This document shows, piece after piece, positions 13,471 through 25,658 of a stretch of DNA of 64,000 nt. The position numbers and the translations under genes are program-made. How positions within the stretch are numbered: position 1 is the stretch's first letter; each line of letters opens with the position of its first letter. The DNA is from Lepidodermella squamata (lineage: Eukaryota; Animalia; Gastrotricha), in NCBI GenBank assembly GCA_047495785.1, contig JBLDXI010000004.1, positions 1,054,001-1,118,000 on the forward strand, given 5' to 3'. Under the pieces are notes generated by a model that was not told the DNA's origin, ran no database searches, and saw nothing but the letters and a program-made list of their open reading frames with translations.

Positions 13471-16400
13471 ATTAAAAGGCACAAGCACAGCTTTCATTTC
13501 ATAAGAGTAACACCTCGCCGAAGGCCAGCGGACTTTTTAGGGTCGTCGCCGAAGTAGTCATAACTGATTACTTTGGGGCGGCATTCATCTCCAGCGAGGT
13601 GTTTTTTTTCTATGGTAGTAAAATTACCGGCATCTCTTCCTTGATCAATCTGTTTAGCAGCATGTCACAGCGGACTTCTTAGGGTCGTCGCCAAACTACT
13701 CAATTCAGAGCACTTGGGGCTGAGATAACACGCTGTAAAACCTTGTTGAACTCAGAGGAAAACGCCTCGCACATGAAATATGAAAGTGAGCTAGTACGCG
13801 AAGGTACTTGTGCTTGCGGATAAATTTACGCGCTGAGGTATGAACATTTTCAGAAAAATAATCATAAATTATTAGGTGTAATTTGAAATAACTGGACTAT
13901 ATTTTCATTAACAATGAGCATTATTTGGCGCAGTCGGCAATATTTATCCGTACGCCAGTATTGACAATGTTAACCGTGGAAGTTATTCATGTCAATTACG
14001 GGGTGATTTGGCCGATTTTCTTATCCATTATACGTAAGAGCAGAAATCGAGCCCTAAATCGATCCGGTTTAGACCACCAGACCGGTTCAGAGTCCGGTAT
14101 GGAAAGTCCGGTTTAGAAAATGAATAGAAGTAGTATTTGAAAATATAAGTAGCAAATTAAATTATAAATTAAATCAAGTCCGGTTCATAACTTCATCACG
14201 AACTAAGCCGCTTGTTTAGGGAGGAGCATTATCTAACATGCGTACAAATATTTATGCTTTATGAATCATAAGCCTTTGTTTCTCTGGCGATTCGGTCTTG
14301 CGCTCGAACGGAAAGCTCGAACAAACTGAAACCATACGAACTCATCATTTATCAAGTCTATGGCTATTTCCGTGCATGTAAATACTACGGAAAAGGGCTG
14401 GAATTATAGGCTGTGTATATATTTTTATTGCCATTAAACTCAAACTATAATACTTGCTTATTATTCATGATCAATATTTCGTCGTGCGTGAGGAAAAAAA
14501 CTGTCATGCCCGTACCCGGCCGTACCGCGGCGATTTTTTCGTTTTCGTATTTTTTCGAAATTGGGGACGATTAATCACCCTAGGCAACGAACCGTGTACT
14601 GTTAAATCGTTTCCGGGTTTTCTCCGCTAAATCTTTTAATTAAGGATCGAATATTCTCCTTGGATTTTTTTCCAAAATTACAAACTTGCAAAATTAAAAA
14701 ATGTTTGCGTAAATTCCGGGACACGTATTTTTTGTAGGTTACGAATTTTTTAGAAAAATTTCGAATAATAATTGAGGCTAAATTGAGGTAAAAATAACTT
14801 CAAAGTACCAATTAAGAAAAAATATTATTTTAAAATTTCTATTTGAAATTGCTTTCTTGACGCTTCGGAAAAAATCGACATCCCATTTATCTGGTTTTTA
14901 TTTTTGTGTGAAATTTTGTGGGCGTTGCTAACAAATCAATTTAAAAATGAAATTTTGCGGTATCAAGTAATCGCAATTTCGCGATCACATCGTAAGCTGG
15001 CACGTGATCTATACAATTCTCCTGCTGATAAATAGAAATGCTGATAAATCGATTTCGCGATTATAGAAACTCTTTAATGTTACATATCTTTTGCGCCGTG
15101 TTCACTTTTTATTTTGCACTCCATCCTTCGGACTTTCATGGACGCAAACATCAAGTTCAAGCGTCAATGCGGCAATCAACTGGCATCAGTTGTTGGCCAA
15201 CAATCTCGGACGCTTACATCTCTCCACAATGTAAATAACTAATGAAACAATAAAAAGAATAGCTAAAATAGAGAAAAATGTCAGCATAAAACGCTCCGCA
15301 CAAAAGTCCTTGAGGCAGAAAAGCAGTGTTTCTGGCTTCTTATTACTTTTTAATACGGCTGTCGATCGGCCGCATAGAGAAGCACCAGCCTGCCGAATAC
15401 AACGGGGTGGGCATAGAGCGATCGGAAACGGCGCACAGTATTGTATGAAGCTAAACGGGAGCTTGACTGCTGACATTTTCACCGCAAATAATCGCCTCAA
15501 ATATCCTCAAATAATCTATATTGAGATAACCGAAAGATGAATGAAGAATACCTATAAAATATGACTATCCACCGGTCATGCATTGGATGAATGTTTAAAG
15601 ATGAATGAAGAATACCTATAAAATATGCATTGTGGAACCGCTGGTAAGTTGAACTTTGGGGCGCACGCTGATTGGTCAATTTATCGTTGCTAATGACTCC
15701 GGAATGAAACAATTTAGTCGTGCGATCCACTAATAAATTATTTTATATTTATGCAAAAAATGACCTTGCCACACCCTCTGCACGGTTTCCATTGACCACG
15801 AGCGTAAACTCCATATTAATGGTGGTAAATTGCTGCGGCAAAAAACACTTGTTGAAAAAAATCTTATGGATCGCACGACCAACATGTTTCATCCGGGAGT
15901 CATAGCAACGATAGATTGACCAATCAGCGTGCGCATTGGATTGGACTTTTAAGTGGTCACACAATGTGACTATCCACCGGTCATGCATTGGATTTCAAGG
16001 TAATGAAACTGCTATCAGATGAAATAAAACACATTAACCCGGAGAAAATTTTAGTCTTGTCAAGTTGTCATCTATTATGATGGATAGTAGTCCTGATTTG
16101 CAGGCTCAACGTAGGTTGATTTTATAAGCGTTGTTTATTACCAACTATTAGTGCGTCTGTTGGTAAGTTCGTGTGGTCGTTTTATTATCAACAACGCGCC
16201 TGTCAACCAAAATCAGCGGCGTATTATAATTTCATAATAATGTCATCTGCTTACAATTACATTCTGTTTTGCGCTATCAGGGCCGGTAAAAACCGCGCCA
16301 GGTGTAAATGACTTGAAAGTAATTTCGGCAAATGAGATTTAAGCAATGATAAAACAGTCCCAAATCAGAAGCCTCAATCTTGAATAGCCTATTGAACTTT

Positions 16401-16693
16401 GAGGTTAGAAACCCCAACTGAGCGTACGATTTTCCGACAGGGCATCACTATTATTTAGACCCGAAATCCACATTTAATCACTTTTATTTCACCAATCAAC
16501 GATTTTCAAATTCGTTTCACAAGTTATGATATAAACTCGCGCGTCGCGGTGAACAGTTGTAGTAGAACCGAAGCCGCGAAGCCTTGAGCTGCTTGGAAAC
16601 TCAATCCACATCGCTCCATTGCTAGATGCCAATCCAGCAATTCGAGTCAATCTGAAATTGAAGTGAATTGAACTGAAATTGAATTGAATAGAA

Positions 16694-17083
16694 GTGACTA
16701 CTATTCATCGATTGACGGTGCCTCGTATTATGAAAGATGTAAAAAAACTAGGACTGTGTCCTCTTGAAATCAGACGCTTTCAACATGACCTTGCGCTATG
16801 CCATAAAATGTACCTAGGCTGTGTGGATGCTAGCTTTTCTACATTCTTCAAAATATCTTCAAATCCCCGTTTACCAGCTCATGCTGTTGCGATGAAACGA
16901 TTTGAACATCCGAGCTCTCAGTTCAGCTTTACAAGGCGAGTGCGCGCAGCGTGGAACCGGCTGCCCTCAAGTATTGTCAATAATTCTCATACTGTGTTTC
17001 TGCGATATCTTAAATCTAAGTCAGATGAACTAGTGGATTTTACGACCTCTGAGGTGAGGCGCCGAGAACTAACCTATTGCTAA
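16694..17083 (+). mobile_element. 3' fragment of a CR1/L2-type LINE ORF2
   Basis: LGLCPLEIRR..DL...HK and FSFTRRVRAAWNRLP C-terminal motifs; short AATCAG repeats downstream. Confidence 0.8.
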
Positions 17084-18121
17084 CTGTTGCAAAACAAAAT
17101 GCATAATAAAATCAGAATCAGAATCAGAATTAATTCGACTGAATTGTAATCAATGAGAAAATAAATTTTGAGGTATATTTTATTGTATATTTTGCGAAAA
17201 GGTGAACATGTAAAATTGTCAAGTTTGAAAGGGGCCGCAACATTTTTAATTGGCCTGCTTACGTGGATATACATTCAATTTATTGATGAAATTTATATCA
17301 CTCTGTTTGTCTAACAGAGGTCCATCTATTGGTGCCGATGGTGAATCCGTTGTCACCTTTGGCTTTTGTTCAAACCGAAATTGGTCGTAATAACAGTTTA
17401 TTGTTATTATGGCGACTCTATCACATAGTTGCTATTATTATGTTTCGCGCGATGACGCTCCCTCGGGATTCAGCGTGATTTTGCATTAAAAAACAGTCAG
17501 TTTTAAAAAGCGGAAGGGAGAAAAAGGCCTGTTACAGCGTAATGCGAAGTCAGTGAAGGGCCATTTCTTCGATATTAACCTTGTTAACAGAGTAAGATTT
17601 CTTTTACGAAATGCCGAAACTTCATAAAGACAAAAGGGTGTCCTAGATTGAAATTCTTGTGAATTTGCTCGTACGGCAGGGGATAGCTCACACCTCAAAC
17701 CTCACCCACGAAAAATATAATTCCTCTTAGCAATTTTCTAAAATTTAATAAGCTCCATTGTTGGAAGCTCAAGAAACTCGAAAATAATTCATTACCGTCA
17801 TTTGGGGCGAGTTGGGCAGTCACAAAAAATGACCCCCTGGTTTTATTGCATATTTACACGTTTTCGAGGGTCCTGATTACGAAAATGTATGTAACTCAAT
17901 TCGCCCCAGGTTTGGGGCAAATTGGGCAGGTGTTTTGGGGCGAATTGGGCATTTTGCCTCGTGCATTAGGCCTGTGGGTAATTTTTAGAAAAAAAAATTC
18001 TAAGTCATTTTTCATATTTTAACCATCATGGCGTTGCCTGTTAGTAGTAGTTTATTGTTAAAACAATGATCCGACTGATACTAAGTAACAGTTTGCCTAT
18101 AGACGCGGGTATTTACATTAA

Positions 18122-18510
18122 CTAATTCTTTCTGTACAAATGATTATTTATGATTTTGCATGAGTCTTTTATCGTTGAAATGACGATGTCGCACATGAGT
18201 GACTGCGGTAGTTCGAGACGTTTTGCGAAGTCGCGGAAGAACTTGGTGATGGTACCACGGGCTCCAACGAAGAGACCGATTACTTCGAGGGAAGTTAGAT
18301 TGTATCTTTCCTTGAAGTATTCTGCGCAAGGCTCGTAGTGTGCCCGTTTTTCTTTGTCGACTTCCAGGGCTTGATCTGGGCTTTTTTCGAAGCGGATGGT
18401 AGGGTCCAAGATCCACCCTTCTCTCGTGTTTTTATTGAAGGCGATAATGTCGACCCTTTTGAGGCCGTCATTTTCTGCGAGGCAGGAAACTTCCTCGTAG
18501 ACTTCAAGGG
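18122..18510 (-). mobile_element. Restriction-like endonuclease (RLE) C-terminal fragment of an R2/NeSL/Utopia-type non-LTR element
   Basis: Reads EVYEEVSC...KRVDIIA...GWILDPTIRFE...EKRAHY...GLFVGARG; no RT domain present. Confidence 0.75.
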
Positions 18511-18735
18511 TCTAGTAACTTGAATACAGCTGCATAAAGTCGGTTATTCATTGCAAAAACATGTTTATTTCCGGCATGTTATTTTTATTGCCAACTTTTA
18601 AAAAAATATATTTCAATATAACAACAATAGACTCTTCTCTCAATAAGTACGTGTTCAACAAAATCTCTCGTTATCACAACCATCATCGGCTTGTAAAAAT
18701 ATAAAGCCAGTTTATTATCTAAGGACGAAAGACGG

Positions 18736-19728
18736 TTATTGCGGTCGAAAGCGGTGTAGTAGCCCATTTTTGCAATCGACTTTAATTTGAGGAGGAGTGC
18801 CGGCGATGGGAACACCAGAAAGCACGACAGAATAGTAGTGATCGCTTCCGTTGTAAGCCACGTGGAACTGATTCTCAGTGGATAATTCCATGCCGGCATA
18901 AGCTGGAAAGATGTAGGAATGATTGTAAGTGTGAAGCAGAATGTCGACTTGACATGAACGTGCGAAGGCGGCTAAAGTATCGTTGTCGCCCCAGGTTTCT
19001 TCGTCGTCAAGACTAGCTCCGCTTGAGAGGGCCATTACTAGATGTGATCATTTCTAACGTAAATAACATAAGTTTAGTCTCCAAACATACCTCTTTGTTC
19101 AAGAACCGCGATTGCTTCTTCCCGGTTTGCAAGCTGTTGATATCCGTCTTCGGGTAGGCAGTTCGAAAATTCATCAGCGTGGTCTAGGATGAACTCGACA
19201 ATCCTTAACCTAATTTCCTGCGTCAGGGTAAAGTCACCGCACAATTGATGGCTCAGAGCATGAAATTGACAGTCACTGGAAAAAAATACAATTAAACACC
19301 GATTTCAAGTGATCAGAGAAGCAATTAACCCATCGGCCGGTACGTCAACGAGAATAAGGTCGAAAGGTTGGAGCCGTTTTCTTAATAGCTTCATACGCTG
19401 GTCCAGAGGAAGCTTCTGTTTTGGTTTAGGACCCGGCTTGTGTTTCGGCGGACGGCCGCGGCCTCGCTTCACCTGGTGGTCCTCTGCCACCGAGGACCCT
19501 GGCAGATTCGTGTCCAATACCGGCTGCAAAGCGGGTAGAATGACGTCGTCCACTGACTGCGACCCTGGCTGATTCCCAGCATCGACTGGTTGCGACTCGG
19601 AGACAAGTTTGCGACTTGTCTTTGATGCCTTTGATCGCTTAGCGCCAGGTGGCTTGAGATTATCGCCCTTCACTGGTGCTTTATCCTTAGGCTTACGAGC
19701 GTTGGCCAGGTCTTCGACGGAGATGTGC
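18736..19728 (-). CDS. AT-hook plus OTU cysteine protease domain, spliced C-terminal extension of the pogo transposase
   Basis: Introns 19276-19329 and 19038-19090 (GT-AG, 54 and 53 nt) give VPADGDCQFHALSHQL...TWGDNDTL...HVAYNGSDHYYSV; AT-hook KRGRGRP. Confidence 0.85.
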
Positions 19729-21208
19729 CCGGCTGAAGATAAACCGTGGAACCCCGGGGCCTTTTTTCTGCTGGCGACGGTACCAACGCCTTCAGATGTT
19801 GCAAAACGGCGTTGCCAACTTCCGTCATGGCAAGTTTAGGCGCCGCTTTCGGTAGACCATACTTCATCACCACAGTCACATCGCCATTAGAAGTCGAAAC
19901 GGCTATTTCGGGTATCAATATCACCGGACCATCAGGAGCATCTTGAGGGTCAGAAGTCTCGGCAAGTGTATCCGATAACGATTTAACAGTCAGTCTAGAT
20001 AATGCCCTTTCAACGTTGACAGGCAGGATGCCACATGCCTCAAAACCGGCTGCGATGTTCTTATATCGCGTCAGGTTGCGTCGCCCAGCATCGGCAATTG
20101 CGTTCGATTCCGTCAGAGCTGCGATGAGCTGCGAAAGCAGCCTAGGAAATTCGCTTTTCGAAAGAACAGTTTTATCGCGATTATTTTCTTTCCAATCACG
20201 CAGCAATTCTCTCCATTTCTTTTTCATCGGTCCGAAGAACGCCACATCCAACAGCTGACAAACACTTGTTGAATTTGGAGGAAGCAGCACAAAGTGGATA
20301 TCATGTTGTTCGCATTTTTCCAAAACTTTGAAGGACAAGTGGCTGGATAAATTGTCACCGATTATGACTTTTTTGCCAGTTCCATTTTTCAGATACGGTA
20401 ACGCGATTGTCAAAAACCAATCTTCAAAGGTTTGCATGTCAAACCAACCACTTTTGGTTATACCGAACCGTGTATTTTTAGGGGCACCTTGCCCCCAGCT
20501 GCTACGAAATTGCTTCTTGCTGCGATAGCATACGTATGTTGGAAGCAAAGTTCCATCGGCGGCTCCGCAAAACATCAACGAGATGCTGCCTTTCGATGCG
20601 TTAAGCACACGGCCAGGCCGTTTCGTGTTTCTTCTGTAGACGAATGTCTTTTTGCCAGGGTCGTCTGTGACGTTGGTTTCATCGAAATTAAGAATGAATT
20701 TGGCATCAGCACCAGCTAGGGTCGACTTGAGATTGTTGTAAAATTTTGTGAGTGTTTCGCGCGACAACTGGGCCTTCGATGTAGACACATTCTCACCGAA
20801 TCGCGGCTTAATAACACCAGCATGCCGGGATAGATAGCCGTAATACCAATCTAGCCCGGGCATGTTGTCCTTGAAGGTAGCGATGGTAATCTTCTTGCTA
20901 TCCAGGTATCCTTTAACAATTAGGCGTATGTCTGATTGATCTAGCGGGAACCCAAAGTCGCCGAGCATGCAGATGTAATCTAGCAAGGCCTCTTCGATAT
21001 CAGAAGATAGTGCACAGCGAAGGTTGGCATTACTTGTGCTCTTGTTACGTTTGGCATGGCGCTGAAGCGTCGATCTGGGAATGCCTGTTGCGGCAGCGAC
21101 AGACGACGGCCTTTCGCCGATTTTAACACGTCGAACGGCGTCTTTCAGCAGTGACGATGTGTAGTTGCGGTAATTATTACCAGGAGCGGGCCTGTATTTT
21201 CTAACCAT
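19670..21208 (-). CDS. pogo-type transposase (psq HTH, CENP-B HTH, DDE_1)
   Basis: GIPRSTL HTH; NFDETN, SGWFD, IIGDNLSSH and LPPNSTSVCQLLDVAFFGPMK motifs. Confidence 0.93.
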   Translation of the reverse strand: MVRKYRPAPGNNYRNYTSSLLKDAVRRVKIGERPSSVAAATGIPRSTLQRHAKRNKSTSNANLRCALSSDIEEALLDYICMLGDFGFPLDQSDIRLIVKGYLDSKKITIATFKDNMPGLDWYYGYLSRHAGVIKPRFGENVSTSKAQLSRETLTKFYNNLKSTLAGADAKFILNFDETNVTDDPGKKTFVYRRNTKRPGRVLNASKGSISLMFCGAADGTLLPTYVCYRSKKQFRSSWGQGAPKNTRFGITKSGWFDMQTFEDWFLTIALPYLKNGTGKKVIIGDNLSSHLSFKVLEKCEQHDIHFVLLPPNSTSVCQLLDVAFFGPMKKKWRELLRDWKENNRDKTVLSKSEFPRLLSQLIAALTESNAIADAGRRNLTRYKNIAAGFEACGILPVNVERALSRLTVKSLSDTLAETSDPQDAPDGPVILIPEIAVSTSNGDVTVVMKYGLPKAAPKLAMTEVGNAVLQHLKALVPSPAEKRPRGSTVYLQPGTSPSKTWPTLVSLRIKHQ

Positions 21209-23002
21209 CCTACATAAAAAGAGTGTAACATTAACGAGAGAAAATTTGATCAGAGCCTCCGGCCGTCCTTCCACGGGATCTGTAATATTTCATAATAACA
21301 CCAACTCCAGCTTCTAAAATTAGGAGAGACTTTCAATTGGGAATACTGGCGAATACTCGGAGATTAGCGACAACACCAGTTCCGTAACCGGGGTTGTAAC
21401 GGGGACCATCAACGGTTGCGAGCAGTCGATATCCTTTGCCTAGCAAAGAATGTAATAGAGCCGTTTCGGTTTTTCTTACATGACCAAGATTCGCTCGATC
21501 AGAGCTGCGAATAACCTATTAATAGCTTTCAGTTGAAAACAAACGATCCGTTGAAGCGCGAAAATGTATCACTTTTATAGCAAAACGGTCGTGCATGTTT
21601 GTAGGCTCAGCAACAAATTCACATGCGTCGCCTGGGAAACATTTGGCGTTGCCAGCGTTGTGTTGGCCGACAAGCAGTACGAAAAAAGAATGGCAATCGT
21701 GTTCGATCTTATTAATATGATCCATATTAGATCACCGATACGCCGGTCAACAATTCGCAGCAGTCGATAAATTATCAATGACGTAAAACAAGGTCTATGA
21801 AAACACAACAGTTAACAGAATCGCATTAGAAAAAACACATCTTAAAGCCAATCACGACACCTTAGCAACGATCCGCTGTTGTTAGCGTTAGCCTCCTACC
21901 ATGATCAAGACATTGTGCGTGTGTAACGCGTCAAGTTTGACTCTGCGCGATTTCACGCGGTGAATCGTTAGCGCCTAACTGTAGTTGAAGATCAATTAAT
22001 TTACAATATTATGCAAAACTAATTTTATTATCGATAACGACTCTTAGAAAAATAATTAATTTCAAAACTATAAATAAGAAATCTTACCTATTTGCCGCAG
22101 GAAAGACCAATTCGCCCCAGTAATTAACTTTTCTATGGGGCAATTTGGCCGCATTTACCTGGGCATAACTGTGCATCGCCTCGTGTCGCTCTTTTTTTCC
22201 CGTAATCACTGAAGGCAATCGTCAAAGGAAAAATTGTTATCTAGGCAGAGGAATAAGTTTTTCGTCCCAGCTAATTCAATTTACTGGGGTCTTTTTAAGC
22301 CGCCTAAACTCATTTCGGGTCAAAACTGGCTGAAAATTTTACAGTCATAGGCGGTCTGTTGAGGATCATCTGTACAAATTTTTACTGCAATCAGACGTAC
22401 AGTCTTCGAGCTATCAAAAATGATGCAATGACTTCAATTTTCGGCCAAATCGCCCCAAGTGCCCAATTCACCCCAAACGACGGTATCAATAGAGCTACAA
22501 CTAAAAATACCACCAACTTTAGCCAATACCAAAAAATACTACCGAAAAACATTTCAGCATCACTACGTAGTCATCACTACGAAATTTTTGCCGCTGCAAT
22601 CGACGCAATTCTGACATGTCTGATTATAATGAACTTCTCTAAATAAGCATTCCGTAATACACGATGAAAAATTCGGGACATTGACCAATGATCTTAGAAT
22701 TCAATTAACTTCAAGAAAATATAATAATCTGGGGGTCGAATTTTTTGGTAGGTACATCGAAAATACCCCGGCGCTGCAGGAATGGTACACGTGAAAAAAG
22801 TGTTAAGACATGCCCGTATGCGACATTTACTGTAAATTTAACAAATTCGAAAGAATCACGCTCCACTGCAAACGAGCCAGTCTAGGTGCCAGCCCGAGCA
22901 CGGCGGAGAACAATAGGAACCAGCGCTATTGTTCAGCGCCACAATCGGGCCGCCGGGCCTATGGAATCGGCTTGGGTCATCCTACAACCAACGCCCTACC
23001 CG

Positions 23003-24590
23003 ATAACTGTATCCAGGCCCAAGCCCGGCGGCCCGAGTACGGCGCGCGCCTAACAATAGCACTGCTGGTTCCCGTTGTTCTCCGGCGTGCTCGGGCTTGC
23101 ACCTCGGCTGGCCCGTAGGCAGTGGAGCGTCATTCATTCGAATTTGTTAAATTTACAGTAAATGTTGCATACGGACATGTCTTAAAGCGGCCCGAGCGCG
23201 GAGTGGTAAAATGCAGTTACCCGACCGCATCGTGCGAATCAGCTTCGTGAACTATGACCTAACCCTTGGAGCGTGGGGATATAAAAAATAACATATAAAA
23301 ATTCTTACTAGGTTGCGGTTTTTTAATTTTTATCGTTTTCAGTGTGGTAAAAGATGCTCAGAATTGTGAAATTCGGCCTCCAAGCTATCAATATTGCCAT
23401 ATTTACATATATTTTTCCTATAATTTCCAATAAAAATTACCTTTCCATGAACTGGGCTCATGAGCGCATTTTTGTGGGTTTTTAGTGAGCTTTAGCTATC
23501 GCTATTTCCGTAGATTTTTGCTAGAGGGGTGACCAAAAATCAACCGAATCTCCGAAAGGTGACCTCAGCTGACTCGGCGACTCTCAGTTCGAGAATCCCT
23601 GTGCTACGTTAGAAAACATGGAATCGCTGTACTTTCGAGTTTCGAGTACGTCTTGGACGAACCATACACAGTCATTACGGAAGCCACTCCTGTACTCAGC
23701 ATGTATGTTGCATTCGACTGTACAATGAGTACAGTTCAATGAGCTGTACCCAAAGCTACAGGAGGAAAACACCGTACATCTCATAATATACAGCCCGATC
23801 AACTGTACTCACTCTACAGTCGAGTGAGCCGTACTGATATTTACGGCCAGCAAAACTGTACCAGAATGTACAGTATCAAAATACTGTTGATACTGTACTC
23901 TTGTGCACACTCCTTTCAAACCGACATCGACGAAACGATCAAACTTAGTAAAAGAAATAGATTATCAAAATTGAACGACAACAAATATTTTTGGTGTAAA
24001 GGAAACATAATCGATGCTTATCAGACGGAATTTATTTTAGGAGAGTAGATTTTCCTTGTTGCGGAGCCTAATTATAGATCTTGGTACCATGTCGTTGCAT
24101 GGCGGCGTCTAAAACCTCGGATTTACTTTTGTTAACGTCAGTTTGAAGGTGAGAGGTGAATTGAAGAGTCTTCTGTCTTTGCCACTTTATTCACCGCCGC
24201 TTTTTACTTATCAGCTATCACCTTGAAATGGATGTAAACAAGCCTATCACCCTAATCATAAATGTTATCTGTAATTGGCCTTCGTCTTCCTCGCGCTAAG
24301 GCTGGCTGTTTCTGAATGCGAAATCACGCTGACTCCCGAGGGACCGTCGTTGCGCAGCACATAATAATAACAAGTATGCGATGAAGTCGCCATAATAACA
24401 ATAAACTGTTATTACGACAAATTGCGGCTTTAACTAGAGCCAAAGGTGATAACAAAATCACCATCGGCATCAATAGATGGACCTCAGTTAGACAAAAATG
24501 GTGATATAAATTTTATAAATAAATTAAATGTATAACTACGAAATCGGGCTAATAAAAAAATTTGCGGCCCCTTTCAAACCGACATCGACG
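23003..24590 (-). repeat. Right long inverted arm of the 17.5-kb insertion
   Basis: Reverse complement of 7114-8937 with an internal deletion; 22806-22960 is a further diverged copy that folds back on 23010-23185. Confidence 0.93.
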
Positions 24591-24594
24591 ACTT

Positions 24595-25470
24595 TCATAA
24601 TTTCTCTGCAAGCGACAGGAATTTAAAATTTTCTCTTTAAGCGACAGAGATGTTTCATTTTCTCTCCAAGCGACCAGGAATGTAAAATTGTCCCTTCAAG
24701 CGGCAGAAATTTCAAAATCGTCTCTTCAAGCGACAGAATTTCAAAATCGTCTCTTCAAGCGACAGAAATGTTTCATTTTCTCTCCAAGCGACAGGAATTT
24801 AAAATTGTCCCTTCAAGCGACAGAATTTCAAAATTTCTCTTCAAGCGACAGAATGTTCAAAATTTCTCTGCAAGCGACAGGAATTTTAGAATCGTCTCTT
24901 CAAGCGACAGAATTTCATAATTTCTCTTCAAGCGACAGAACTTTCATAATTTCTCTGCAAGCGACAGGAATTTAAAATTTTCTCTTTAAGCGACAGAGAT
25001 GTTTCATTTTCTCTCCAAGCGACCAGGAATTTAAAATTGTCCCTTCAAGCGGCAGAAATTTCAAAATCGTCTCTTCAAGCGACAGAATGTTCATAATTTC
25101 TCTGCAAGCGACAGGAATTTTAGATTCGTCTCTTCAAGCGACAGAATTTCAAAATTTCTCTTCAAGCGACAGAATTTCATAATTTCTCTGCAAGCGACCG
25201 GAATTTTAAAATCGTCTCTTCAAGCGACAGAATTTCAAAATCGTCTCTTCAAGCGACAGAGATGTTTCATTTTCTCTCCAAGTGACAGGAATTCAAAATT
25301 TCTCTTCAAGCGACAGAATGTTCATAATTTCTCTGCAAGCGACAGGAATTTAAAAATGTCTCTTCAAGCGACAGAATTTCATAATTTCTCTTCAAGCGAC
25401 AGAACTTTCATAATTTCTCTGCAAGCGACAGGTATTTAAAATTTTCTCTTTAAGCGACAGGAATTTAAAA
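24595..25470 (+). repeat. Satellite array, right part (continuation of 2360-7113)
   Basis: Same CAAGCGACAG units in the same orientation. Confidence 0.97.
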
Positions 25471-25658
25471 ATAAGTCCCTTTCTTGCTACAGCAATTTTC
25501 AATTATTCTCGAAGTTTCGCAATTCAAGTCGTAGAAGCAATTCGGTTTAAGGGTTATAGAATTAAGGAGCTGTTTTTTTATTTCGTGAAAATATTGCTGT
25601 ATGAAAATCTCTCAATGGAGTATTTTTTGTCAATGCAGCAAAAGATGAAGAATAGCAC

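Larger units (their letters stand above)
17795..22483 (-). mobile_element. pogo-family DNA transposon, 4.7 kb
   Basis: TIRs CCGTCATTTGGGGCGAGTTGGGCA / TGCCCAATTCACCCCAAACGACGG flanked by TA on both sides; internal TTGGGGCRAATTGGGCA subterminal repeats. Confidence 0.9.
7114..24590. mobile_element. 17.5-kb insertion with very long inverted arms (foldback/composite-type) carrying host gene fragments
   Basis: Ends CGTCGATGTCGG...CCGACATCGACG; ACTT duplicated at 7110-7113 and 24591-24594; removal restores a satellite unit (AGAACTTTCATAA). Confidence 0.88.
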
